A model generated the notes under the pieces. The model saw only the letters and a list, made by a program, of their open reading frames with translations. It did no database searches and was not told where the DNA came from. A stretch of DNA of 40,790 nucleotides, taken from Trichomonas gallinae. Its lineage: Eukaryota. The stretch is taken from NCBI GenBank assembly GCA_008369845.1, contig MRSU01001956.1:1-40790 (forward strand), read 5' to 3'. This document shows, piece by piece, positions 9,711 through 20,396 of this stretch (within the stretch, counting starts at the first letter, position 1; the number at the start of each line of letters is the position of its first letter). Position numbers and translations under genes: made by a program.

Positions 9711-12700
9711 TTAATTCAAAATACGAACAGACGAATCATTCTTTCTTTGCAGCGGCAAGTTTCCTTTCATTGACGATGATCTAGGCATTGTTGGTTCTAT
9801 TATAAGTATTGATGAGTTCTGCATTTCAGGCCAGAATGGCTTATCACTCTCTATTTCCTTCCTGATCTTCTTATCCTTGATTATGTGTAACTCGCAAACT
9901 TCTCTTTGAACGCTAGGAATTCCAGCCCATTCTAAAAGCGGGTTCTTGACTGACTGAAGTGTGTCAGATTCTTTGATGTGGTACAAGAAAGGCTCCGCAG
10001 CAAGTCTTGGATTATCGAAGCGGTCTATATAGCCGCGAACGACCGGCACTAAATGTTCGTCGCTCTGCAATTCTGTCTGTTCTACTGGTGTGACTTCGAA
10101 TCTGATTATAGAGTCACCGAAATTAGCAGGAGCTGGCTCAGTGAGATCTAATTCGCCAATGATGCGGTGGTAGTTGATGTGGAGGGCTCTGAGGTTTGTC
10201 GCACGAGCCATGAGGCATCTGTTCGCCATCTCACTCGCGATCTCTTTGATCGGCGAAGTGACTGGCATCAATAACTGTGCCATCGTGTCAATTTTCACAG
10301 AGTCTGCGGAGAATTGAACGTTGAAATTCGCCATCGTCTTGTTAGATGCCTCTGGGATTCCCTTGAATATCTGGAAGTACAGCCATGGGTGCTCCTTGAC
10401 TTCTCCCTTAACGTCCTTGTTGAGTTCTCCCGATGTGTCGCATGCGATCAAAGACTGCATAGACGGCGTCAGTTTGGCGTTGATAGGAGTCTTCATAGGC
10501 TGCTGAATGCCTGGCTGCTTCTTGAACAGTCTCATTGAGTCTTCAGCTGGCGAGTACGGGAACTTGAGTGCGCTGGCGATGAACTGCTTAACACCTGTCC
10601 ATCTCAAATTCGATGGGAACTTAACCATGGCGACAGGCTGAGATGGAGTAGCGACGTTGCAGATGATAACTTTAACCTGGTGCAATTTTCTCTCCAAGTA
10701 CTGGTCAACAGTAATTGGCCTGCTCTCAGGATAAACATCCGCGTAGCTGATCATCTGCAAGTTCGCTATTTCATTCAGTGACGAGCTTCTGCTGACTTCT
10801 GTTGGCGCAGAGTTTCTCTCTAACTCAACTCTGCTCAGTTGGACGTCGCTGCCTGGTACTACCTGCCAGATCAAGATTGCGCCTGTTCCGCACTGTGCTT
10901 CTGATAGATTCTTGCCCGTGAGCAAAACGGCGGACTTCTGCACAGTCTCCTGGAAGCAGAGCAGCGGAGTGTCCTTAGGAAGGCCGACTCTTTCGCACGC
11001 GAGTTCTGCGATGGAATCAAGAGGCTCCTCAGGAAGTGGATAGGCTGGTCCTATGTAGTGGAAGAAGGAGCCGTCTTGGCCTGGGAAGAAGAACTTCATG
11101 AAGACAGTGACGCGGTTCTTGTCTTCGATTTCGAGCTTCTCGCCTTCATTGATATCCTGTATGAAAGCATAGCTGCCGCCCTGGAAAACGGAGCTGAGTG
11201 GTGCATCGCTTGGTGGAACGACTGCCTTTGGAATGCTGTATGACTGGCAGCGCCAAATCCTGATCTTCGACTGATCTTTGTTGAGAACTTGCGCAGCAGA
11301 TTCGTAAAGTGAAGAAAGAGGCTTTTCGCGTGGTAAATGAAGGGCCGTTGGACTTGTTCCGATGTATCCTGTAATCCAGTGTGTGCAGTTTTCTTTGATA
11401 GTCTCTTCTGTTGTAATATTAATTTCGATTGGTCCGTGGTCGGCGCCTTTGTTAGTTTGCGTGTATTCGAAGTATTCTCTGAGATGCTTAGGAACGGAAT
11501 CATCTGAAATTGGCTCGAAAATAACAGGTGCATCTTCTCTTCGTACATAAATGAGCATATATCCGCTGTACGTACGTTCATGTGAACCATCCTTGCCACC
11601 ATAATTGTTTTTAATGGCTTCATCTGCTGTAACTTTCGTAACATTTTGGTCATCGAATTTATACCATTGAGGATCCTGTGAAATTCTCAAGAAAGCGTAA
11701 TAGTGGCCACACATAGAGCCACCGGAGTGTACAAGGACACCGTAAAGGTCGTAGATATTGGATTTAGAATGATCAGCGTCAGGTGCAAGAAATTCGCCTA
11801 AATCGACTTCAGCTGGGAACTCAAAGTAATCGTTAATCTTAACGGATGTGTTTCTTTCGTAGTCACGCGCGAATCTTCTGAGATGAATATGTAAAACCGA
11901 TGGAAAATCTGTATATTCTGTTCCCATGACGGCCTTTTGCTTTCCAAACTCATCAGTTTCGTAAAGTCCGTCCATATCTTGCGGTGCCAATTCATTTTGC
12001 AAAGATTCACGTAAATTCTTGCAGCCCTTGACAACAAGGCTCAAATCCTTGAAATCTTCGAGAATGTCCTTCTTGAAGTCGACTTCTGTGCATTTAATAT
12101 ACGTTCTCGTATGTCCGCGGAATAAATTATCGATCGCTGTTGCCTGGTCTGTGTGAACGAGCTTGTATTCGAGCGTTTGCATCAAAACTCTGCAGAACTC
12201 CTGAACATCCTGCTGCTGCATCGTTTCTCTTTGGTTCCAGCCAAATGATTTTGTAAGCTCAATCGTTGAAGCGGCGTGTTCTGACAATTGCAATTGGCAG
12301 AACAAACGCTGTAAGCACAGCGGAATTGATTTGCTTGGGTCTTCAGTGCCCGTCGTCGGCATATGGTAGACAATGCGCCTGAATGCCGGCAAATGGAACA
12401 AAGATTGTAAAAGGGAGTTCATGTAGCATGTAGCTCCCTGGTTGCGAATGCCGACACAGCCTGTTAATTCTTTCGATGATTGTTGTGGCTGCTGTGGAGG
12501 CAAAACAGGGGGTGGTGTTGGAACCTTTTCTCTTGGTACGTAGTGCTGTTGAGCCGCTGGCGTTGTCTTCGGTACGGCTTTTATTGGGGCTTTCTTTGGC
12601 ATCGAGACTGGATGATGCATAACAATGGTAATTGTGTTGTTATCAATGAATCCATCCTTGTCGTTGATGAACTTGCTCTGTGCAAGCATGTAAGTTTCGT

Positions 12701-13319
12701 ATGCGTTGATTTTACCGAATGCCTTCGTAGACATCTTGGTAACAGACCTTCCTGCTGTTCCATTTTTCAGGGTGATCTGGAATTGGTGAGTTTTTGGTCC
12801 CGGTGGTGCTGATATCAAGACAACCTTCACGGATAAGAACTGCGTGGGCGTGGCTGGCTTCGTGCACTTCATAATAAAGGTGAGTCCATCGATTATAAGC
12901 TCGGGTGATATCGCTTCCTTCTCGATTTTATCCCAATCTTCGATAACCCAAGTATAATCAAATGGCTGGCCGGTTTCAGAGACACTGGACTGTGAAGGTG
13001 ACTTAGGGAAGCTATCTGAAGGGCTTTTAGAAATCTCACCTTGTGATTCTGTACTTTGTTTTATTATGGATTCTAATTTCTGATATTCTTCCTGTGAATA
13101 GTGTTTTTTGATATTCTCTAACAACACTGATTGCTCTTCGGAAGAAATTTTAGTCATTTTTTGTAATAAACGACCAAATATCGCAGAATTTAATTCATAT
13201 ATTTCGTCCTTTTTCAGTAATTCTTTGATATCCTTGACGACCTCACTGAGTAGCTCCTCTTCCTTGGCATCGCCAACATTGAGCTTCCTTAGTTGGTCCA
13301 ATGCCGACGAACTACTCAT
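9711..13319 (-). CDS. USP7: USP7/Ubp15-like ubiquitin-specific protease (C19): MATH + USP + Ubl-like C-terminal region
   Basis: Cys box GIRNQGATCYMNSLLQSLFH, QQDVQEF, His box LYGVLVHSGGSMCGHYYAF, WYKFDD; MATH-like YTWVIEDW...SPEL...GFIDNNTI. Confidence 0.9.
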   Translation of the reverse strand: MSSSSALDQLRKLNVGDAKEEELLSEVVKDIKELLKKDEIYELNSAIFGRLLQKMTKISSEEQSVLLENIKKHYSQEEYQKLESIIKQSTESQGEISKSPSDSFPKSPSQSSVSETGQPFDYTWVIEDWDKIEKEAISPELIIDGLTFIMKCTKPATPTQFLSVKVVLISAPPGPKTHQFQITLKNGTAGRSVTKMSTKAFGKINAYETYMLAQSKFINDKDGFIDNNTITIVMHHPVSMPKKAPIKAVPKTTPAAQQHYVPREKVPTPPPVLPPQQPQQSSKELTGCVGIRNQGATCYMNSLLQSLFHLPAFRRIVYHMPTTGTEDPSKSIPLCLQRLFCQLQLSEHAASTIELTKSFGWNQRETMQQQDVQEFCRVLMQTLEYKLVHTDQATAIDNLFRGHTRTYIKCTEVDFKKDILEDFKDLSLVVKGCKNLRESLQNELAPQDMDGLYETDEFGKQKAVMGTEYTDFPSVLHIHLRRFARDYERNTSVKINDYFEFPAEVDLGEFLAPDADHSKSNIYDLYGVLVHSGGSMCGHYYAFLRISQDPQWYKFDDQNVTKVTADEAIKNNYGGKDGSHERTYSGYMLIYVRREDAPVIFEPISDDSVPKHLREYFEYTQTNKGADHGPIEINITTEETIKENCTHWITGYIGTSPTALHLPREKPLSSLYESAAQVLNKDQSKIRIWRCQSYSIPKAVVPPSDAPLSSVFQGGSYAFIQDINEGEKLEIEDKNRVTVFMKFFFPGQDGSFFHYIGPAYPLPEEPLDSIAELACERVGLPKDTPLLCFQETVQKSAVLLTGKNLSEAQCGTGAILIWQVVPGSDVQLSRVELERNSAPTEVSRSSSLNEIANLQMISYADVYPESRPITVDQYLERKLHQVKVIICNVATPSQPVAMVKFPSNLRWTGVKQFIASALKFPYSPAEDSMRLFKKQPGIQQPMKTPINAKLTPSMQSLIACDTSGELNKDVKGEVKEHPWLYFQIFKGIPEASNKTMANFNVQFSADSVKIDTMAQLLMPVTSPIKEIASEMANRCLMARATNLRALHINYHRIIGELDLTEPAPANFGDSIIRFEVTPVEQTELQSDEHLVPVVRGYIDRFDNPRLAAEPFLYHIKESDTLQSVKNPLLEWAGIPSVQREVCELHIIKDKKIRKEIESDKPFWPEMQNSSILIIEPTMPRSSSMKGNLPLQRKNDSSVRILN

Positions 13320-14445
13320 AAATTTCTATTCTGATAAAAATTTTTATCGTCAAATCCGCTGAACATAACCAACCAACACACAACATATAACTGATTTACT
13401 AATTTTTTAAAAAAATTAACGAAACTTGATCATTAATATTTTTATCACACATTAAGTCTATATTTATAATCATTAAAAAAAATTTGGGTCTTCACAATCC
13501 AATTCAAGAGGTGTAAAATATTCAACGATATAATATATTCATTATAAGATGCAAAGGTTTAAAATTTACTCTCAGAAAGATCTTGTTCAAGAAAAGTGTC
13601 TTTTCAAATAATAATAATAAATCACTAATTTTATTACATAATTAACAATTACTTGGCTCTTATATTCTAATTTTAAGCTTTATTTTCGTGTCTGTTGATC
13701 CGTACTAAATAGCAATTTTAATAAATTTCAAAATAATAACTAAAAAATTATAAATCCTTTCTATCGGCAAATATATCTTTTATAATCTGAAACAAAAACA
13801 TAAAATTCGATATATAATAGGTACTCATCATATAGAACCATTTTTTGTCTAGATCGTTTTTTTTGTGATTACAAATTCTGACGTTTTATCCATGATTTTT
13901 TATCATTTAATTAGGCTTTCTGGTATAAGCATAGTCCAATACACATAAAACTTCCTTTTTAATTTTTTGACAAAAAAGTTGCAATGGCGGAGTTTTTCTT
14001 TTAAAAGTTTATCACTGACGATGAACTACAATTTATCATATAAAAAATTTTGTAAACTGTTTTTTTGAAAAAGATAAAATTACAACAAAAATAATAGACA
14101 ATTTATCTAATTAATAATTAATTTTTTTTTGGAAACTGTTTTTTGAATACCTAAATGTAATAGATAATTTTTTAAATCATAATAACAAATATTTTTTTTG
14201 CAAAAAATCTCGGTGGAATAAAAAATATATTATTGACAATAAGCAACAATCCATCAGATTAGAAAATTTTGAAAAAGTTGTGGCAGAATTCGAAATTTTC
14301 CATACGACTTGTCTACTATAGAAATAAATAATTATGGAGACACATAACCCATTAAATTCTCAGAAATTTGAAAAGGCGAAAATGGATTTTGATAACAAGC
14401 GGTCATATTGAAATTTAGAGAAGGAAAAAAATTTCAATTTTATTG

Positions 14446-15339
14446 ATGTCTTCTGAGTTCTACGAGGATAACAATGTTCATCCTAAAGTAGGCGAAGTCA
14501 TCAATAATTATTCCCTTGAGAAGATTCTTGATAACACCAAGAACTCCATTGTATTCATTGCTAAGGATATTAAGACAAATGAAAAGGTAGCCATAAAGTT
14601 CATCAAGTACAGAAAGGCAGCTCAACAGAGAGTTGATGCAGAGATTGAAATAATGTCCAACTGCAAATGTCCTTTCATTATCCAAGCTAAGGAAATTTTC
14701 GATTATCTTCCTTACAAATGTCTTGTGATGCCTTTAGCAATGTCAGACATGAACAACATTCTCAACCAAGCCCACAACCATCACTTGGATGAGGATTTAG
14801 TCAAAGAAGTCATTCGTTCAGCATTATTAGCTCTGAAATATTTACACGACAATGAAATTTGTCACCGCGATATCAAACCAGATAACCTTCTCTACTTAGG
14901 TGAAGAGGAAGAGGAATCTGTACAATTAACCGATCTCGGTTTCGCAACAAAAGTTTCAACAGATGAATTATGTTCCGATTACGTCGGCACATTAAACTAT
15001 GCTGCTCCAGAGATCATCTGTGGCAAGCCTTACGACAAATCAATCGACATTTGGTCACTTGGTGTCTCAATGTACACATTACTTAGTGGCCAGAACCCAT
15101 TCCCATGCAATCCTGAGAGCACACTTAGACGTTGCATCCAGAATGGCGCATTTTTATACCCAGCTTCAAAGTGGAAAACAATTTCCAGAGAGGCCAAAGA
15201 TTTAATCAGCCATATGATCAAAGTCAATCCAATGGAACGTTATACAGTCCAACAGTGCTTAGATCACAAATGGTTTTCTTCTATCCCTCATTCTAAGAGC
15301 TGGCACAGTCTTCAATTGAATTCAGCTCCATCATTCTAA
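14446..15339 (+). CDS. CAMK-group Ser/Thr protein kinase with atypical P-loop
   Basis: VAIK, HRDIKPDN, DLG, GTLNYAAPE, DIWSLGV, ISREAKDLI...RYT; ATG at 14446 (track start 14443 is TTG). Confidence 0.9.
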   Translation: MSSEFYEDNNVHPKVGEVINNYSLEKILDNTKNSIVFIAKDIKTNEKVAIKFIKYRKAAQQRVDAEIEIMSNCKCPFIIQAKEIFDYLPYKCLVMPLAMSDMNNILNQAHNHHLDEDLVKEVIRSALLALKYLHDNEICHRDIKPDNLLYLGEEEEESVQLTDLGFATKVSTDELCSDYVGTLNYAAPEIICGKPYDKSIDIWSLGVSMYTLLSGQNPFPCNPESTLRRCIQNGAFLYPASKWKTISREAKDLISHMIKVNPMERYTVQQCLDHKWFSSIPHSKSWHSLQLNSAPSF

Positions 15340-15666
15340 GAACGGACCCGAGCGCGTATATTATTTGTTACTATTATATTTATATTTTGTTCAGCATATA
15401 TTGAATAAAATTTTAATCTCCATGTATTTTGTTTGAAAAATAAAAATTCCTTTTTTCCTCCTTCCCCCCTCCCCCGCGGAGAAATACCCCTTGGTAACCT
15501 AGTGCACTCATTATCAATGCTTGATTACGTTCAATATTTTTTTGTCTTCAATCGGTTCTTCGATGAAATCACTACCAAACTTTAGATTTGAACTCTATAC
15601 AATGTATAGATACCAAATACATCAAAATATGAGAATGAAAAGAGTTCGAAGCAATTTCTTAAAATC

Positions 15667-15788
15667 TTTGACATGTAAGTTTTACGAAATCTGACATCAG
15701 ATAGAAAATCTGTTATGTAAATATAAATATTCTGCCATGAAATGTAAACTACATATTTGTCATGTAAATATCTAATTTTGACATGTAT
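15667..15788 (+). promoter_or_regulatory. Array of TG(A/T)CATGTAA-like motifs upstream of FANCI-like gene
   Basis: Copies or variants at 15669, 15692, 15711, 15733, 15758, 15779; Inr-like TCACTT at 15820 and TCATT at 15832. Confidence 0.55.
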
Positions 15789-15841
15789 AGGGAAGCTAAA
15801 AGGGAAGTTCCTCAATTTATCACTTTTTAGTTCATTAAAAA

Positions 15842-18800
15842 ATGGATATGGAAACTTTAGAGACTTTTGTCAATGCTTATCAAAGCTTTCATCGCGATAA
15901 TGGAGATGATGATGATTTGAGAAGAATTGGCAAGTCTTTCGATGAACAATCCGTTTCACAATATTTGAATTTCGCAATTTCTTATTATTCTCAACCACAT
16001 ATAGTGTTAAAGGCAATTTTAGAAGCCATACCTCAAGAATCTTTAAATATCATTACACAAGTAATTAAAGATTCAATTCTTGCAATCGCAAAGTGGAAAT
16101 TTGGATCAAAAGAAAAGACAGATATGTATACTACTGCATTTAGAAATAAAGTACCTAAGTTATTGTCTCCCAAAAAGCGAGTTTCTCTTTTAAATAAAAT
16201 TACAATCAAAGTTCAAAAGATGGACCCAAAGACAGAGAACTATGCATTCATTGAAGAAAGTCTTATATCAATTTTATCATCATTACTTGATTTATTACAC
16301 AATGATAATTCAACAATTTCAATAAACAAAGATGATGAAACAAAAGATGTATCATGCCGCGAATTTTGTGACTTATACATCAAGGATTTGATCGAGAATT
16401 CACCAAACCATCTTTTCCCATATTTAATCGATTTATTCAAAGAAGTTCCAATGACTGATGATAATCTTGAATTAATGATAGAATCAATCAACAACAACTC
16501 ACTCGAAAACCTTTCTGCAATTACTTCTAAAATCTTCCTTCCGATATCAAATAATAAAAAATTAGTATCAAAATGCATGAATCTCATCATCACGACAGCA
16601 TTATTGATCGAGAAAGATAAACAAGGATATGACCGTGAAATCCAAGAACATCTTCGAAATTTAATCAAAAGTCTATATATGGTTACATCAATGTCAAGAC
16701 TCTGCAGCGATTCAATCACAACTATTCTTTGCTCTAAAACAGAGCTTGCATCACATTTCACTCCTTTCATCGTTTCACTCTCTTTGTATACTTCTAGAAT
16801 TCGCCCGAAAATTTATGATGCTTTAGTTGCGAATTTCGGTCAGCAGTTGAAAGATGACCAGATCAGGACAACATCAAGATATCTTAGACATATATACAAT
16901 CTTTTCAGTGAAGATGTTTCTGAATTTAATGTCGAATCTGTTATCAAAGAAACAATTTTGTTAACGCATCATGGTCTTGAATCAAATATTAGGTTCTTAT
17001 CCAATTTCGCTTTCCAGTTGATAGACAGTGCTCCACCAATGGATGCATCTAAAAGACTCCCATCGAAAATCAAAGAATCATACAGCAGGTTTGTCACTCC
17101 AGCATACAGACAGGTAGATATTGCAACAAAAATAATTAACCAAATCGTAACAACTTTTCCATTCGCTTGCAAAGAAATATTCAAAGAAATCGTTTTGAGA
17201 ATCACCAACAAGCTTCCTAACAGTGATGCTTTAATTAGATGCTTAGATTCTCCTGATGAGCCACAGTTAGTCGCCGAAATGCTCGTTGAAATTATAGAAC
17301 AGATGAGATATCTCGATCTTATGACATTAGAACAGTTAATGAGATTCGCTATTCCTAAGATAGTTGGCAACGAACAATTACTTGACAGAGTAGTTATAGC
17401 AGCACGTAAAGCATTCTTTTCAGGCACAGAGTCAATGAAAGTTAATGGCCTCGCCGCAATATTTTATTTGATACAGCCACGATACGAGCAGACATTCACG
17501 CAAGCATTCACATCAAACATTGCGTTCGGGAGCAGGATTGATGCTGCTACATCCAATGATTTGCTGTTCCAAATGTTTTCGTTGATAGAACGTGGCTTCA
17601 GACAAGAACCACGCGTACAAGCTGATACAGCCATGTTCATTCCTTTATTGATTCAACTTAACAGCGATTTGGCTGATTCAGCAAGATTGATGTATATCGA
17701 ACAATTGGATGAATATACAAATGGAGAAGAGTTCCCATTGAGTATCAAACCAAACTTGCCTTATCTTATACAATCAATTGGCGACACTATTTCCTCATTA
17801 CCACCTGCGATTGCTAAGACAGAAGAGTGGGAGAGTTTGATTAAGAGATATGATGACTTAGTTGAAGCTGTTTCAAAGGTAGAATTAGTTGTATACACAG
17901 AAGAAATGAAAGTACTCGCACATCCTTTGGAAAGAGATATAATTGCAGCGACACTCGCTGTTATGTTCAATTATGCAATAAGGAATGACGAACAAATGGC
18001 TTTGTCTTTATTCAACACATTAGACAGATTGAACCACAAAATTGCTGAAAGTGAAAGATTGAGGAAAGACACAGCGCTTAGGTCATCATACACTTTCAGA
18101 TTTTCCATCAATGTCGACTTACTCAAAACATTGTTCAAATTGTTACAAGGTGATAACCAAGAAATCACCAAACATTACGTAATACAGTTATATACATTGG
18201 AAAGATGCAGAGAGATAATCAAAGAAATTCCTTGCTTGCGTCTAGAATATAGAATTAAGCGACTTAGATTAGCACTGGATTTAGGAGAAATGACAATTGA
18301 TGCCATTGACAAAGTTAAATGGTGTGAGCCACCTTCTGGCCTGAAGAATCCACAGAACTTAATGGAGATGCTGACAGACAATTTCAAGAAACTGTTCATT
18401 TTTGTTTTCGAAACGTATGATCGTCAGACGGTAGAAAGATTCCTCGAACAATCACATATATTAACTCCAGGCAAAGGAATTGGCAGTGCACAGAGAAGCC
18501 TGTTTTCCAGCTTCAAAGGTTTCATCAATGGCAATGAAGCAAAATGCGCAGAAAACTATGTCGTAATATTAGAAAAACTCGCAATGTTTGATGACAGCGA
18601 TGCTAAGTTTTTCGAGAGCATCACTAAAATGTTATCAAAGCAAATCATCAAGAACGCACAATCCTACAAAATCATCAGACTCGCCAGAGCATTTTCTCCT
18701 GGTGCTAAACTCGATTGGCTCAAATCAGCAGCAGACTCAGTTGTGGAAAGACTCGCTGATGAAGCAGGAACAACATCAGCACCGTTGCATGAGATCATTT

Positions 18801-19555
18801 CATGTGTAACAGGTTTGAGCTCTGATGTTTCTTTCGGATTATCGTGGATTCCGAAAGCTTACGCAGCAAATCACGAAAGAGGAAGTGAAATCAGTTCAGA
18901 GTTTTCACAATATCTTACAGACATCGGAGCAATTGGCGCCAAGTTGATGGAAGTTGATTATTCGCAGTTCAACATGAAATACTACGAAGAGATCGTGAAA
19001 TTCATCAAAGACTATGTCAAAGTCATCAACAAACTCATCAAGCAAACATTAGATATTCCTGAAACAGCATCAGAGAGCTTGAATGAGTTGTTGAGCTTCT
19101 CGACATCAACATTTGGTGATGTTGCTGCCAAATTCTTGTTGAAGAGTCAATCATCAACAGAAGCGGCAAAGAATGCAAGACAAGCTGAGTTTGATGCCAA
19201 ACATGCACCTTTACTTATCTTCGAGCTCGAAAAGATGCTCGTTGGAACTTCGAAGCTCATATCAAAGAAGTGCATAGAAGATATCAGTGGAGAATTCTGC
19301 AGAATAAGAGGCGCAGAAGTCAAAGTCATGCACACACAAAGAAAGAAGAAGAAGAAAGTCGAGAAGATAGTAGAGGAACCAGAACCAGAACAAGAGCCAG
19401 AGCAACCTCAGGAACAAACAGAAGACTCTGCTCCAGAAATGAACGAGTCTACACATAACGATGAAGAAGAAGAGGAAGAAAACCTTATCCACAATGCACA
19501 AATTCCTCTTAATGAAGAAGAAGACGAAGATGAAGATAGTGTTGTTGATTTATAA
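15842..19555 (+). CDS. FANCI: Fanconi anemia group I protein (FANCI)-like alpha-solenoid
   Basis: VVIAARKAFFS...KVNGLAAIFYL resembles FANCI LVLRKAMFA...RKSAVAGFLLL; IERGFRQEPRV resembles LRRCLSQQADV; AKHAPLLIFELEK...LISKK resembles TKPIPNLIFAIEQ...LSKK; basic then acidic tail; 1237 aa. Confidence 0.8.
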   Translation: MDMETLETFVNAYQSFHRDNGDDDDLRRIGKSFDEQSVSQYLNFAISYYSQPHIVLKAILEAIPQESLNIITQVIKDSILAIAKWKFGSKEKTDMYTTAFRNKVPKLLSPKKRVSLLNKITIKVQKMDPKTENYAFIEESLISILSSLLDLLHNDNSTISINKDDETKDVSCREFCDLYIKDLIENSPNHLFPYLIDLFKEVPMTDDNLELMIESINNNSLENLSAITSKIFLPISNNKKLVSKCMNLIITTALLIEKDKQGYDREIQEHLRNLIKSLYMVTSMSRLCSDSITTILCSKTELASHFTPFIVSLSLYTSRIRPKIYDALVANFGQQLKDDQIRTTSRYLRHIYNLFSEDVSEFNVESVIKETILLTHHGLESNIRFLSNFAFQLIDSAPPMDASKRLPSKIKESYSRFVTPAYRQVDIATKIINQIVTTFPFACKEIFKEIVLRITNKLPNSDALIRCLDSPDEPQLVAEMLVEIIEQMRYLDLMTLEQLMRFAIPKIVGNEQLLDRVVIAARKAFFSGTESMKVNGLAAIFYLIQPRYEQTFTQAFTSNIAFGSRIDAATSNDLLFQMFSLIERGFRQEPRVQADTAMFIPLLIQLNSDLADSARLMYIEQLDEYTNGEEFPLSIKPNLPYLIQSIGDTISSLPPAIAKTEEWESLIKRYDDLVEAVSKVELVVYTEEMKVLAHPLERDIIAATLAVMFNYAIRNDEQMALSLFNTLDRLNHKIAESERLRKDTALRSSYTFRFSINVDLLKTLFKLLQGDNQEITKHYVIQLYTLERCREIIKEIPCLRLEYRIKRLRLALDLGEMTIDAIDKVKWCEPPSGLKNPQNLMEMLTDNFKKLFIFVFETYDRQTVERFLEQSHILTPGKGIGSAQRSLFSSFKGFINGNEAKCAENYVVILEKLAMFDDSDAKFFESITKMLSKQIIKNAQSYKIIRLARAFSPGAKLDWLKSAADSVVERLADEAGTTSAPLHEIISCVTGLSSDVSFGLSWIPKAYAANHERGSEISSEFSQYLTDIGAIGAKLMEVDYSQFNMKYYEEIVKFIKDYVKVINKLIKQTLDIPETASESLNELLSFSTSTFGDVAAKFLLKSQSSTEAAKNARQAEFDAKHAPLLIFELEKMLVGTSKLISKKCIEDISGEFCRIRGAEVKVMHTQRKKKKKVEKIVEEPEPEQEPEQPQEQTEDSAPEMNESTHNDEEEEEENLIHNAQIPLNEEEDEDEDSVVDL

Positions 19556-19825
19556 ATTTAATTATTTTGTGGAAAATCGAATTTTCCACAATATATTGTT
19601 TTATGTTGTTAATTTAATACTAAAATCAGTTGTTATATTGATTATTATTAGATTTGAAATTTTGAATATGTTTTGATTTGGTAATAAAATAGAGTTTTAA
19701 TAAGATGTAGTTGTATTGGTTTTGTTACGTATTATGTTTATGGTCGTTTGCTGTTCTAGAAAAAAATATGACATTTGATTTTATCGAAATAAAATATGGT
19801 AATAAATGTCCGAAATATATGGTAT

Positions 19826-20371
19826 TTAGAAGTGCTGGTTGATCTGATCTCCGAGCCAGTCAAGACCCTCATAGAGACCATCACCTGTTGTAGCGCAGCA
19901 GCCCTGAACTTGCCATGGGCGGTTTGTGATTGTATTAAGGCGAAGTCTGTTACCGAGTTCTTGTGGCTTGACAGCGTTTGGAAGATCCTGCTTGTTGGCA
20001 TAAACAAGAAGGATAGCATCACGGAGCTCATCTTCCTCGAGAAGCTTGTGGAGTTCATCGCGGGCCTCATCAATACGGCCAACATCGTTAGAGTCGACGA
20101 CGAAAATCAAACCTTGTGTATTATGGAAGTAGTGGCGCCAGAGAGCACGGATTCTATCCTGGCCACCGACATCCCAAACGTTCATGTTGAAGCCCTTATA
20201 TTCAATGGTCTCGACGTTGAAACCGATAGTTGGGATTGTTGTGACGTGTTCTCCGAGCTTGAGCTTATAGAGAACTGTTGTCTTACCAGCGGCATCAAGG
20301 CCGAGCATGAGAACACGTGTTTCACGGTTGCCGAACCATTTCTTGAAAGTCTCAGAGAAGAGAAGACCCAT
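19826..20371 (-). CDS. ARF1: ADP-ribosylation factor (Arf1-class GTPase)
   Basis: MG myristoylation start, [30 protein letters not shown]; 181 aa. Confidence 0.95.
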   Translation of the reverse strand: MGLLFSETFKKWFGNRETRVLMLGLDAAGKTTVLYKLKLGEHVTTIPTIGFNVETIEYKGFNMNVWDVGGQDRIRALWRHYFHNTQGLIFVVDSNDVGRIDEARDELHKLLEEDELRDAILLVYANKQDLPNAVKPQELGNRLRLNTITNRPWQVQGCCATTGDGLYEGLDWLGDQINQHF

Positions 20372-20391
20372 CTAGAAAAATGTAAACAAAA

Positions 20392-20396
20392 AGTGA
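20392..20396 (-). promoter_or_regulatory. Inr-like TCACT of ARF gene
   Basis: GTCACTTTTT about 20 nt upstream of ATG 20371. Confidence 0.6.

Noticed and set aside
9711..19555. USP7 + kinase + FANCI as a functional DNA-repair cluster
   Set aside because: FANCI is deubiquitinated by USP1, not USP7; no operon logic in this genome type; adjacency is likely chance
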